Shown: piece by piece, positions 36,499 to 45,649 of the stretch | Position numbering within the stretch: the first letter of the stretch is position 1 | How the letters are laid out: every line of letters begins with the position of its first letter | Assembly (NCBI GenBank): GCA_001794055.1 | Contig: MGJB01000006.1 | Location: forward strand, 26,168 to 90,167 | DNA from: Candidatus Yanofskybacteria bacterium RIFCSPHIGHO2_01_FULL_41_26 | GTDB taxonomy: Bacteria; Patescibacteriota; Minisyncoccia; 2-02-FULL-40-12; GWA2-44-9 | DNA length: 64,000 bases | Direction: 5' to 3' | Position numbers and translations under genes: made by a program | The notes under the pieces: generated by a model | Database searches by the model: none | Told to the model about the DNA's origin: nothing | Seen by the model: the letters and a program-made list of their open reading frames with translations, nothing else

Positions 36499-37482
36499 AT
36501 GAACAAAAGAACGGCGCTTATCACTGGCATTTTTGGATCTGGAGCAAGTTATCTGGCTGAATACATTGTCGCTAATCATCCCAACGTAGAACTTCATGGC
36601 ACTTTTCGTTCGTGTAGTTCCCGCTCTCAAAAAAATATTCAAAGCATTAGAAATAAATTATTTCTTCATAATTGCAACCTGGATGACTATTCCGCCACAT
36701 ACCGATTAATTGCTGGACTAAAACCTGACCTTGTTTTTCACATTGCCTCCTATGCCGACGTAAGGAAATCTTGGGACAAAGCGATCTTTACCCTGCGAAA
36801 TAATATCATCAGTACAGCAAATCTGTTGGAAGCAATCCGATTGGCCAATATACATCCCCGGGTCCAAATGTGCAGTACGCCTGAAGTATATGGTCAAGTA
36901 GATCCCAAAAATATCCCAATTGATGAAAGCTGTCCAATTAATCCAAACAACCCCTATGCCGTATCCAAATTCGCACAAGAATCGCTTGGATATTCTTATT
37001 TCAAAGGCTACGGTCTGCCGATGATTATTACTCGCATGTCCACCTACATCAATCCGAGGCGGGCAGATCTTTTTGCCACCGCATTCGCGATGCAAGTGGC
37101 GCGCATAGAAGCCGGCTTGCAGAAAGAATTGCGACACGGCAATCTTGATTCTACTAGGACCATCCTTGATCCTAGAGACTGCGCCAGCGCCTATTGGGCC
37201 GCCATCGATAAAGGCGAACCCGGCGAGGTCTACAATATTGGCGGGGCCACAATAGTAACGGTGGGGGAATTTCTGGAAATTCTAAAAGTGAAAGCCCTAT
37301 GTTCAGTTCCTTCCAGAGTAGACGAAAATTTGTTTCGGCCGGTAGATGTTACTCTGCAAGTGATAAATACCGAAAAGTTTTTCAAACAAACCAGATGGCA
37401 GCCAAGATTTAGCTTCGAAGAAAGCGTAGAACATCTTCTAAATCACTGCCGGCAGGAAGTCAGGAAAGAACTGCCGAGATGA
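36499..37482 (+). CDS. Extended-SDR nucleotide-sugar dehydratase/reductase, GDP-mannose 4,6-dehydratase-like (Gmd/Rmd-like).
   Basis: ALITGIFGSGASYLAEYIV parallels the Gmd motif [26 protein letters not shown] (YxxxK). 327 aa. Confidence 0.6.
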   Translation: MNKRTALITGIFGSGASYLAEYIVANHPNVELHGTFRSCSSRSQKNIQSIRNKLFLHNCNLDDYSATYRLIAGLKPDLVFHIASYADVRKSWDKAIFTLRNNIISTANLLEAIRLANIHPRVQMCSTPEVYGQVDPKNIPIDESCPINPNNPYAVSKFAQESLGYSYFKGYGLPMIITRMSTYINPRRADLFATAFAMQVARIEAGLQKELRHGNLDSTRTILDPRDCASAYWAAIDKGEPGEVYNIGGATIVTVGEFLEILKVKALCSVPSRVDENLFRPVDVTLQVINTEKFFKQTRWQPRFSFEESVEHLLNHCRQEVRKELPR

Positions 37483-38432
37483 GGACAAAGAGAGTATTAA
37501 TTTGCGGAGCAAGCGGATTTATAGGACGAAATTTGTTTGAACACTTTGATTCCAATGGTTATGAAACTTACGGAACTTACTTAAAAAGTAGGCCGCAAGT
37601 TTTCAATCCCAAAATTATCCCGGTTGATTTAAGGGATAAATATAAGGCGCTCCAAATAATGCAAGGCATGGATATAGTAATTAATGCTGCAGCCATGACC
37701 GCGGGCATAGGAGTATATTCGGAAGAAACAAACGCTAAAGAATTTGTGGAAACAAATAACAGGATCAACGCAAATCTGGTGGAATCAGCTCATGTCAACA
37801 GGGTCGGACATTTTGTTTTTTTAAGCTGTACCATAATGTATCCCTCAAGCATTGTTCCTCTTAAAGAAAACGAGTCTGATGTGGACAGGGTGCATCCGAA
37901 ATATTCTGTTTTAGCTGAAATTAAAATTTTGGGAGAAGAGGGCTGCCAATACTTTGCCGGTATGGGCTCAACTAAATATACGACCGTAAGACACACAAAT
38001 GTTTACGGCCCGTATGATAAATTTGACCTTAAACACGGCCATGTATTATCTGCCACGATCGAAAAGGTTATGACTTCGCAAAACAACGAAATCATCGTCT
38101 GGGGCAGTGGACAGGAATCAAGAGATTTTCTATATATCAACGATCTGATCGAATTCATTAGGAGAGCTGTTAATCTCCAAGCAAACAATTTTGAGATATT
38201 TAATGTCGGCTCCGGAAAAACATACTCCATCAACGAATTGGTTGGGGTTATAATTTCACATTCCGGAAAAGAACTTAAAGTCATCCACGATCTCACAAAA
38301 CCTTCCATTGAAACATATATGAATATAGATGCCGGCAAAGCAAAACGTCTTATTGGCTGGCAAGCAAAAACAAACTTGAATGAAGGCATAAGAAAAACGA
38401 TTGAATGGTACAAAAAAAATCATCCGCATTAA
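37479..38432 (+). CDS. NAD-dependent epimerase/dehydratase (extended SDR).
   Basis: VLICGASGFIGRNLFEHF Rossmann motif. 317 aa. The start overlaps the upstream stop (ATGA). Confidence 0.7.
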   Translation: MRTKRVLICGASGFIGRNLFEHFDSNGYETYGTYLKSRPQVFNPKIIPVDLRDKYKALQIMQGMDIVINAAAMTAGIGVYSEETNAKEFVETNNRINANLVESAHVNRVGHFVFLSCTIMYPSSIVPLKENESDVDRVHPKYSVLAEIKILGEEGCQYFAGMGSTKYTTVRHTNVYGPYDKFDLKHGHVLSATIEKVMTSQNNEIIVWGSGQESRDFLYINDLIEFIRRAVNLQANNFEIFNVGSGKTYSINELVGVIISHSGKELKVIHDLTKPSIETYMNIDAGKAKRLIGWQAKTNLNEGIRKTIEWYKKNHPH

Positions 38433-38448
38433 AAATGCGGATTTTCTT
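38422..38448 (+). terminator. Rho-independent terminator: atccgcat-taaaa-atgcggat plus TTTTCTTT.
   Basis: 8-bp stem that includes the stop codon, followed by a T-tract. Confidence 0.5.
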
Positions 38449-38513
38449 TGACAAACTAGTATTTTTACGATATAAATCCCTCAAAGTACATTGATAATTT
38501 GAGGGGAAAATAA

Positions 38514-40658
38514 ATGTCGCCAAAAATAATACCCCTTTCAGTTGTGGCTGAGAGTCCCCCACCAATGACCGTTACCCGCCCCAATAGAAAAATAAAAATA
38601 GGCCCCGTCCAGCTTAACAACAGTTTTTCAGAACAATCATATTTCCCAACTTCTGTTGGTATGCTTCAAGCATATGGACAGAAGCATTTAACCCATGCTG
38701 ATTTTTTTGAATTTCTACTTATTATAAAAGATTTCATGCCTATATCAGAAGCCGTGGATAGACTACGCGATGCCCATATTTTAGCCCTCAGTTTGTATGT
38801 TTGGAATTTTGAAAACTCTATAGCCATTGCCAAAGAGTTTAAGAAACGTTATCCGAAAAGATTAGTAGTTGTCGGTGGACCCCACGTCCCTGACAGCAAG
38901 AAACAATTTGTCAGAATAAAGAAAACTGACCCGCAATCCGATGAGCTAAAAAGAAAAAGGATGGGAATGACTGAAAAATTCCACAGAGATCATCCAGAGA
39001 TTGACATAGCTGTTCATGGTGAAGGCGAAAGAATTTTTAAAATGATATTGGAGCAGTTCCCCAACAATCTCGCCGATAAAAGCCAAATCCAGTCGATTAG
39101 CTACATAGATACTGAGGGCAACTTCCACCATAATCCAAAGCTTGAGAGGATGCATGATCTGTCCGAAGTTCCATCACCATACCTTACCGGCGTGTTTGAT
39201 CCGCTTATGGCCGCATACCCCGATCAGAAATGGATTGCCATGTGGGAAACTGACCGCGGCTGTCCTTATCAATGCACCTACTGCGATTGGGGTGGTGCTA
39301 TTGAGGATAAAATTAGCCTCTTCGCCATGGATCGTATTATTAAAGAAGCCTGGTGGTTTGCGAATAATAGGGTGCCGTATGTCTTTATTGCTAACGCCAA
39401 CTTTGGTCTTCCAAAACAGGATGTACAAATTGCAAAAATCTTGGCCGAAGTCAAAAAAGCCACTGGATACCCCGAAGGCGTATCCGTTCAGAATGCAAAA
39501 AATCCTAAGCCACACACATTAGAAGCCCTGGAAATTCTCCAAGAAGCTGGACTGAACAAAGCAACCGTAATGTCAATTCAGTCAAAAAACAAAGATACCC
39601 TCGGAGCAGTTCGCCGACAAAATATGAAGCCTGAAGAATATCAGTCAATTCAAAAAAGGTTAAGAGCTCAAGGTGTAAATACAATGACTGATTATATTCT
39701 TGGCATGCCCATGGAAACGTACGAAAGCGTATTACAAGGTGTTTCTAATATCATTGATGACGGACAACATGATAGAATTCAGTTTAACAATCTTTCCATA
39801 CTACCCAATGCAGAAATGGGCGATCCGGAATACCAAGAAGAGTACGGGATGGAAATGATTAGGACACCAATTACGAACATCCACGGCAAGAAAAATGCAT
39901 CCATCAGCGGTATTGAAGAATATCAAGAATTGGTTATTGCAACTAATACCATGCCCCGAGAGGCATGGGTCAAGACTCGTTCATTTTGCTATTTGGTGGG
40001 ATTGATCTACTTTAATAAGCTTCTTCAGATACCCATTATGATCTTACATGAAATTTATGAGATCCCTTACCGCATAATATTTGAGGCTTTTATGGAAAGT
40101 CCGGGACAGTCAGATAAATTCCCAGTTTTTAAAGAAATTCTAGACTTCTTTCAGGAATTTTCTCGGGGCATTCAAAATGGCACAAACGAGGAGTTCTTCC
40201 ACTCAAAGGAGTGTCTGGACATTCTGTGGCCGCCAGACGAATATGCATTTATAAAAGTATGCAAAGATGGCAAGATCAGACAATTTTACGAAGAAGCTGA
40301 GAAAATGATGTTGGATCTTCTCAAGCCTGACCAAACCCCTGAACCCCTTCTTGATGCCGTAAAACTTAACAGCTTACTAATTAAGTTGCCTTTTCAAACC
40401 ACCGATTTGGAAATAAATTTATCTTACAACGTTTGGGAAGTTTACAAGGCCGCCCGCATAGAGCAAAAATTAGAACTTCAACGAGGAATCTACAACTATC
40501 ACGTTGACAGGACAACTAAGTCAATGTCCTCACACATAAATGCAAGGTGGGATTCGTGGGAAGAGTGGTATGAAAAGATGGTCTGGTGGTGCAATCGAGG
40601 GGGTGCTTATCTTTACGGAAACATCAATCCGCATCAAGAAATAGTCGGACATCATTAA
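38514..40658 (+). CDS. Cobalamin-binding (class B) radical SAM protein, copy 4 (714 aa, long C-terminal extension).
   Basis: B12-binding N-terminus (ILALSLYVWN...RLVVVGGPHVP). Radical SAM motif GCPYQCTYCDWGG. GAGGGG SD. Confidence 0.75.
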   Translation: MSPKIIPLSVVAESPPPMTVTRPNRKIKIGPVQLNNSFSEQSYFPTSVGMLQAYGQKHLTHADFFEFLLIIKDFMPISEAVDRLRDAHILALSLYVWNFENSIAIAKEFKKRYPKRLVVVGGPHVPDSKKQFVRIKKTDPQSDELKRKRMGMTEKFHRDHPEIDIAVHGEGERIFKMILEQFPNNLADKSQIQSISYIDTEGNFHHNPKLERMHDLSEVPSPYLTGVFDPLMAAYPDQKWIAMWETDRGCPYQCTYCDWGGAIEDKISLFAMDRIIKEAWWFANNRVPYVFIANANFGLPKQDVQIAKILAEVKKATGYPEGVSVQNAKNPKPHTLEALEILQEAGLNKATVMSIQSKNKDTLGAVRRQNMKPEEYQSIQKRLRAQGVNTMTDYILGMPMETYESVLQGVSNIIDDGQHDRIQFNNLSILPNAEMGDPEYQEEYGMEMIRTPITNIHGKKNASISGIEEYQELVIATNTMPREAWVKTRSFCYLVGLIYFNKLLQIPIMILHEIYEIPYRIIFEAFMESPGQSDKFPVFKEILDFFQEFSRGIQNGTNEEFFHSKECLDILWPPDEYAFIKVCKDGKIRQFYEEAEKMMLDLLKPDQTPEPLLDAVKLNSLLIKLPFQTTDLEINLSYNVWEVYKAARIEQKLELQRGIYNYHVDRTTKSMSSHINARWDSWEEWYEKMVWWCNRGGAYLYGNINPHQEIVGHH

Positions 40659-40663
40659 TGTTT

Positions 40664-40689
40664 AACGGACTTGTAAAAGTCCGTTTTTT
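40664..40689 (+). terminator. Rho-independent terminator: aacggac-ttgtaaa-gtccgtt plus TTTTTT.
   Basis: 7-bp stem 6 nt after the stop, followed by a T-tract. Confidence 0.5.
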
Positions 40690-40722
40690 GTTATTTAATA
40701 AACCCAGTTATTTAACATCGGG

Positions 40723-41721
40723 GTGTGCATGCCTGAAAACAGTAATTTTTTTAGAGGAAAGAGTGTTCTTGTCGCCGGTGGTACTGGTCTTATAGGAATA
40801 CCTTTGGTAAAAATTCTTCTCGAGCAAGGAGCGAGCGTTAGGATTGTCTCTTTGGATAGTCCTTCTCGAGCACATCCTCAAGCAGAATTCATGCCTCTTG
40901 ACCTTACCATACTAGATAACTGCTCAAGAGCCTGTCTGGGAATGGATTACGTTTTTAATTTGCTATGCATTAAGGGCTCACCTAAGACAATGGTCACCAA
41001 GCCTGCCAGTGTGTTTTATCCGATGCTGACATTTAATACTCAACTAATGGAAGCGGCTTGGCGGTGCAAGGTTAACGGGTTTTTGTTTACCAGCTCAATT
41101 GGAGTTTACGAGCCAGCAGAAGTACTCCGCGAGAATGATGTTTGGCAAACATTCCCTTCTCCCAATGATCGTTTTGCTGGTTGGGTGAAAAGAATGGGAG
41201 AACTGCAAGCAGAGGCTTACAGAATAGAGCACGGCTGGAATAATATAAACATTGTCAGACCATCCAATGTTTATGGACCCTATGACAATTTTGATTCAAA
41301 TAGCGCCATGGTCGTCCCATCATTAATCAAAAGAATGACAAGAGGAGAAAATCCTTTTGTGGTTTGGGGAAACGGAACTGCAAAGAGAGATTTTATCCAC
41401 GCAGAAGATGTGGCCAGAGGGATGATTTTGGTGACAGAAAAAAATCCAGGTGTTCCGGTAAATCTAGGCTCCGGAATCGGCACTTCAATAAAAAAATTAG
41501 TCGAAATAATCAGATCAAATTCACCGATCAAGCCAAACATCGTCTGGGACGATTCTATGCCCAGTGGAGATAAAAAGAGAATCTTAGACATATCTCGGGC
41601 AACAAATCTTGGTTTTAGACCGCAAATCAATCTTGAAGATGGAATACGAGATACATATAAATGGTATTCAGTAAATAGGGATAGGGTCGGAAATCGTTAT
41701 GACGTTTTTAATAAGAGTTAA
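40723..41721 (+). CDS. NAD-dependent epimerase/dehydratase (GDP-L-fucose-synthase-like extended SDR).
   Basis: VLVAGGTGLIGIPLVKILL. PSNVYGPYDNF, like the PANLYGPxDNF of Fcl-type enzymes. The likely true start is the ATG at 40729. Confidence 0.7.
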   Translation: MCMPENSNFFRGKSVLVAGGTGLIGIPLVKILLEQGASVRIVSLDSPSRAHPQAEFMPLDLTILDNCSRACLGMDYVFNLLCIKGSPKTMVTKPASVFYPMLTFNTQLMEAAWRCKVNGFLFTSSIGVYEPAEVLRENDVWQTFPSPNDRFAGWVKRMGELQAEAYRIEHGWNNINIVRPSNVYGPYDNFDSNSAMVVPSLIKRMTRGENPFVVWGNGTAKRDFIHAEDVARGMILVTEKNPGVPVNLGSGIGTSIKKLVEIIRSNSPIKPNIVWDDSMPSGDKKRILDISRATNLGFRPQINLEDGIRDTYKWYSVNRDRVGNRYDVFNKS

Positions 41722-41745
41722 ACCGCTTAAAGCGGTTTTTGTTTG
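41721..41745 (+). terminator. Rho-independent terminator: aaccgct-taa-agcggtt plus TTTTTGTTTGTTTT.
   Basis: 7-bp stem at the stop codon, followed by a T-tract. Confidence 0.5.
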
Positions 41746-41790
41746 TTTTCTCCTTTAAATAAAAAAGGGGATGTGCTATGGTATTGAAAC

Positions 41791-42678
41791 ATGAATAATC
41801 CCAAAGTAAGTATCGTCATTCCAACATATGGACGAGCGGAATATATCAAGAACTTGATAAAATCCGTGAGGATGTCGACACCAGAAGAGTCCTACGAATT
41901 TGTAGTGGTTTCTTCAGATTTGCCAGAATCAGAAAAAGTAAAGTGGCTCTCACAGCAAAGCGATGTTAATTTAATCTTAGCCGACACCAGAAAAGAATGG
42001 CAGCTAAGGAAAAGAAGTCCGATCTACTACACAAACATCGGGATCAAAAGGGCTAAATACGAATGGATATTCCTGGTAAACGATGACATACGCTTTGATG
42101 AAAACTGGTACAAAGAACTTCAAAGCTTGCTTGCTGATCCCAAAAATTCAAATGTCGGAATGATAATAGTATTGACACACTTGGGCAAGGTTAAATATGG
42201 TCCCCGGCTCATAAAAATAGGAAAAACAAGGAAAAATGGCAAAGACTGGAAAGATCTGTATTTGTCGGACTTTAGTATTATATCAAAAAGCGTTATGGAA
42301 CAGATTGGCTATTTTGATGAAAAATTGAAATGGCACGGTTGCGGTGCTGACAATTCGCTTGCGGTTGAGTTTTTAACGGACAAAGATACGGTCATATCGG
42401 AAAAGATAAAAATAGACCACCTTATCGCCAATGAAGGCAGGGATACGAATGTTACGGACGAATTTACAGACTTTAATTACCTGCTCAATAAATGGAATAA
42501 TTGGTGCAAAATGAATGGTTGCGAATATGTATGGAATGTAAAAATTAAACCTTACACTTTATACAACAGAATTATTAATTGGACCGAGGGCTCTATCAGA
42601 AAACAATTAAAGACGATAAGATTTTATAAAAAATATATCTTGAAAAACAGAACATCAAAAAACAAAACCCAAGTTTAG
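41791..42678 (+). CDS. GT2 family glycosyltransferase.
   Basis: VSIVIPTYGRAEYIKNLIKSV. DxD-like FLVNDDIRF. Confidence 0.7.
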   Translation: MNNPKVSIVIPTYGRAEYIKNLIKSVRMSTPEESYEFVVVSSDLPESEKVKWLSQQSDVNLILADTRKEWQLRKRSPIYYTNIGIKRAKYEWIFLVNDDIRFDENWYKELQSLLADPKNSNVGMIIVLTHLGKVKYGPRLIKIGKTRKNGKDWKDLYLSDFSIISKSVMEQIGYFDEKLKWHGCGADNSLAVEFLTDKDTVISEKIKIDHLIANEGRDTNVTDEFTDFNYLLNKWNNWCKMNGCEYVWNVKIKPYTLYNRIINWTEGSIRKQLKTIRFYKKYILKNRTSKNKTQV

Positions 42679-43403
42679 TTATTTTTAGGAATATATATGA
42701 ACAGTCCTTGTCCGAATAGGCCCGGCCAAAGACGATTAAGGAGATGAATCCCCTCATAGGTACATAGTTTGTAATTTTTTATTCCCATTTCATTTAGCCA
42801 CCATCTCATATCTTTAGCCGTCCAAAACCTCAAATGCTCTGATGGACGTAAGCGCCACTGTAAAGGAAATCTGCCGAACAATAAACGCAGGCGATGGAAC
42901 AAAAATCCGGTATTGGGTACGGAGAAAAACACTCCTTTTTTTGCCTTATCGAGAGCCCATTCAAGCATCTCTTCAGAATTAGGAATGTGCTCTAAAATTT
43001 CAAACATAAAAATATAATCAACAGACGGAATGTCTTTTAGCGTCTCCTGCTTGGAAATATCCACCCGCATCGCCTGAATTCCGTTTTCTTCGGCCATCTT
43101 CAATGCTTCTTCTGATATATCGGCTACTGTCATTTTGGCCAGAGATTTGGTGTTGTTAATATAAAGCAAAACTCTCCCATTTCCGCCTCCGAGATCAAGG
43201 ACGGAAGTGTTTTTTTCTAAATATCGTATGGCAAGATCGGCTCTCTTTTTCTGAAAACTGTTAAGAGGAGTTTGTGCAGTTAATTTACGATGTCGCCAAT
43301 AATCATCATAATCCGTCCCTCGCCATTGAAGTTTTGGATAATGAAAAAGCGAAACAATAAACTGCTTATAAGGATATAATTTTTCTTTTAGATTTTTAAT
43401 CAT
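42675..43403 (-). CDS. Class I SAM-dependent methyltransferase.
   Basis: Motif I VLDLGGGNGRVL. Acidic residue after beta-2 (ADISEE). Confidence 0.7.
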   Translation of the reverse strand: MIKNLKEKLYPYKQFIVSLFHYPKLQWRGTDYDDYWRHRKLTAQTPLNSFQKKRADLAIRYLEKNTSVLDLGGGNGRVLLYINNTKSLAKMTVADISEEALKMAEENGIQAMRVDISKQETLKDIPSVDYIFMFEILEHIPNSEEMLEWALDKAKKGVFFSVPNTGFLFHRLRLLFGRFPLQWRLRPSEHLRFWTAKDMRWWLNEMGIKNYKLCTYEGIHLLNRLWPGLFGQGLFIYIPKNN

Positions 43404-44350
43404 TTATATGCGATAACAAGAGATATTTCTTTTCTGAATGGATTTAAAAATTTTGTATAGATCCTGTTTTTTACTTCAAGGCCGAATTTGTGATCATATC
43501 GCTTTTCCGGCAAGTATTCATCAACAAATAGTTGAACACGAATAGACAATAAAGATATTATTTTTTTTATTAAAACCGCTAAAAATCCTCCTCCATTTGT
43601 TTTGTTAAGATAAAAATAGTCCATTCTAGAGAATCCCGCTCCTTTTAAGAATTCCTGCCAATCCTTCAGCCGGTATTCCCTTTCGCCATTCATTCTTCTA
43701 GTCAATTTTTGACCCAACGGTAACCCAAATCGCTTTTTATAATCCTCTCCATACTCGGTATCCAGCAATTCATCCAAGTCCTGTTTTTCATAATGATCAG
43801 GTCTGGCTTTATCAAAACAAAAAACAAAACCGTCCTTTTTTAAAATTCTCCGACATTCTTTTAGGGTAATCGCGAGATCATTAGAGTGGTGCAAAGAGAA
43901 AAAATCAAAAATAAAATCAACTGATTCATCAGGCAATTCTATCTCGTCAAAACTTCCCACAACCCCGATGACTTTGTCGGTCTGGCCATTAAAAATATAT
44001 CCTGATATTTTGGGCATCAAAGTTTCCACTATCGGACGGCAGACCTCAACCCCATAGACTTTTTCAACGTTTTTTCTTCCCGCCAGGATCGAACTAAAGG
44101 TTCCGGGCCCAGAACCAACCTCAAGCCCAACTCCAGAAATCTTTCTTTTCAAAAACTTACTCTCAACAAAATCAAACATATTTTCTATATCTTTTACCGT
44201 AACATCCGGAACCACCCCGTCAAACGTAAGCTCTCTGATAATCTGCAGGGGCTCCTTGTCTTTAAGTTTTAGGGCATAGTTGGTCCTATAATTATCATCG
44301 GCCTCTTTTTGTAGCTCCGATTTTATGCGCCAATATAATTTTTCCATCAC
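43400..44350 (-). CDS. Class I SAM-dependent methyltransferase.
   Basis: Motif I GLEVGSGPGTFSSILAG. Motif post-I VYGVEVC. It overlaps its neighbour by 4 nt, so the two are translationally coupled. Confidence 0.7.
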   Translation of the reverse strand: MMEKLYWRIKSELQKEADDNYRTNYALKLKDKEPLQIIRELTFDGVVPDVTVKDIENMFDFVESKFLKRKISGVGLEVGSGPGTFSSILAGRKNVEKVYGVEVCRPIVETLMPKISGYIFNGQTDKVIGVVGSFDEIELPDESVDFIFDFFSLHHSNDLAITLKECRRILKKDGFVFCFDKARPDHYEKQDLDELLDTEYGEDYKKRFGLPLGQKLTRRMNGEREYRLKDWQEFLKGAGFSRMDYFYLNKTNGGGFLAVLIKKIISLLSIRVQLFVDEYLPEKRYDHKFGLEVKNRIYTKFLNPFRKEISLVIAYK

Positions 44351-44408
44351 ATTATTCTACCTCTTTTTTGTCAATAAAAAAAGGGCTTTTCGCCCCTGTA
44401 AAAAACTT

Positions 44409-45554
44409 CTACAGCCTGCCTTCAGCAATAGCAATGAGCTTATCGGCAACTACCTTAGTAGCTTTTTCAGTCGGTGCTTGCCAATTTACAAGTAATTGTT
44501 TTTGAATAGCCGGATCAAGCGCTTTTTCTATCTCCGGACCAACTTGGTCAGCCGACCAGGCGACTAGAGATTGTCCGGTTCGGATATCGGGCAAATATGG
44601 TCTTGTCTGGCCCAATTCTTTCTCGAACCATCTTTGTGCCAATGGCCCGCAAAGATGAACCACCGGCGGCCCGCCCATCATCACATTCTTGATATCTTCG
44701 GTGCAGGTAACGGACAAGATCACATCAGAGGCAAGGCACAAATCTTCAGCTCGCATATTTCTCATGTCGTCGTTATCTTGAACAATAATAGTATCGGGTA
44801 CGCATATTTCCAACATTTTCCTTAATTCCTCTACATAGCCGGCACTTACGGTTTGGTTGAGCTTGGGGTGAATTCTTGGAACAAGCCGAATATTACCCGC
44901 TTTTTCCAATGATTCTAACTCGGAAAGATAGCTTAAACCATGAAACAACATGCATACATCCTCCGAAATTACGTCGAGCATACCTTGCGACCACCAAAGG
45001 ATAACAATATCTTCTTCCGGAAGCCGGCATAATGTTTCACGAGCTTTTAGTCTAATTTCTTTTTTTTGGGGAATATAATCTAGGACACTGTCAAATGCGG
45101 GCTGGCCGACAATTACTATTCCTCGCGGATCAAGTTTAGGACGAAGCCTCCTTATCGCTTGAGCATGACCTTCGTTTATTGCAAACCAATAAAGGCGATT
45201 ATCATAAGGCACGACCCGCCATTTTGAAAAACCATGATTAAATAAGCCATCCGAACCCATCACGACCAAAGCATTGCCAACCGTATCCAAAAGAACCCGC
45301 TCTTCCAGTTTTGAGGCACTGGCGCATGTATTTATAAAAACCAAATCCGCAGAATCGAGAAGTTCTTTTGTTAATTCTGAATTTACATCTGTTCGAAAGA
45401 ATATTCCGGCCTTTTTAAGAACATCGGCTCCGTTTCCTTCGGGATCAGCCAGCATATCAACCGCATGACCCCGAGCGACAAGATCTTGTCTTACCGGCAA
45501 CTGATAGGTAGCCCCACCAATATCGCCACTGACAAAAACAAACTTTTTTGTCAA
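44409..45554 (-). CDS. Hypothetical protein, possibly a GT-B/epimerase-like Rossmann fold. It is conspicuously G+C-richer than its neighbours.
   Basis: 381 aa. Alternating beta-alpha pattern (FVFVSGDIGG..., IVIVGQPAFD...). No recognisable signature. Codon usage is rich in GCC/CGG/CTG-type codons, unlike the surrounding AT-rich genes. Confidence 0.3.
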   Translation of the reverse strand: MTKKFVFVSGDIGGATYQLPVRQDLVARGHAVDMLADPEGNGADVLKKAGIFFRTDVNSELTKELLDSADLVFINTCASASKLEERVLLDTVGNALVVMGSDGLFNHGFSKWRVVPYDNRLYWFAINEGHAQAIRRLRPKLDPRGIVIVGQPAFDSVLDYIPQKKEIRLKARETLCRLPEEDIVILWWSQGMLDVISEDVCMLFHGLSYLSELESLEKAGNIRLVPRIHPKLNQTVSAGYVEELRKMLEICVPDTIIVQDNDDMRNMRAEDLCLASDVILSVTCTEDIKNVMMGGPPVVHLCGPLAQRWFEKELGQTRPYLPDIRTGQSLVAWSADQVGPEIEKALDPAIQKQLLVNWQAPTEKATKVVADKLIAIAEGRL

Positions 45555-45620
45555 TTCTCGTCCCCAGATAGATTGTTAAACAACCCTATGATTATAAATT
45601 AATTTAAACAATCGGTCAAG

Positions 45621-45647
45621 AAAACAAAAAGACCCTACGAGGGGTCT
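45621..45647 (-). terminator. Candidate rho-independent terminator for the minus-strand gmhA gene. Hairpin agaccc-ctcgta-gggtct with a T-rich tract on the minus strand.
   Basis: 6-bp stem immediately 3' of the stop at 45650 (minus strand). The plus-strand A-run aaaacaaaaa gives a T-tract when read on the minus strand. Confidence 0.4.
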
Positions 45648-45649
45648 GA

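Noticed and set aside
40586-40795. 69-aa ORF spanning the intergenic region between B12-radical-SAM copy 4 and the next epimerase.
   Set aside because: It runs straight through a strong hairpin+T-tract terminator (40664-40689) and overlaps two real genes. It is almost certainly spurious.
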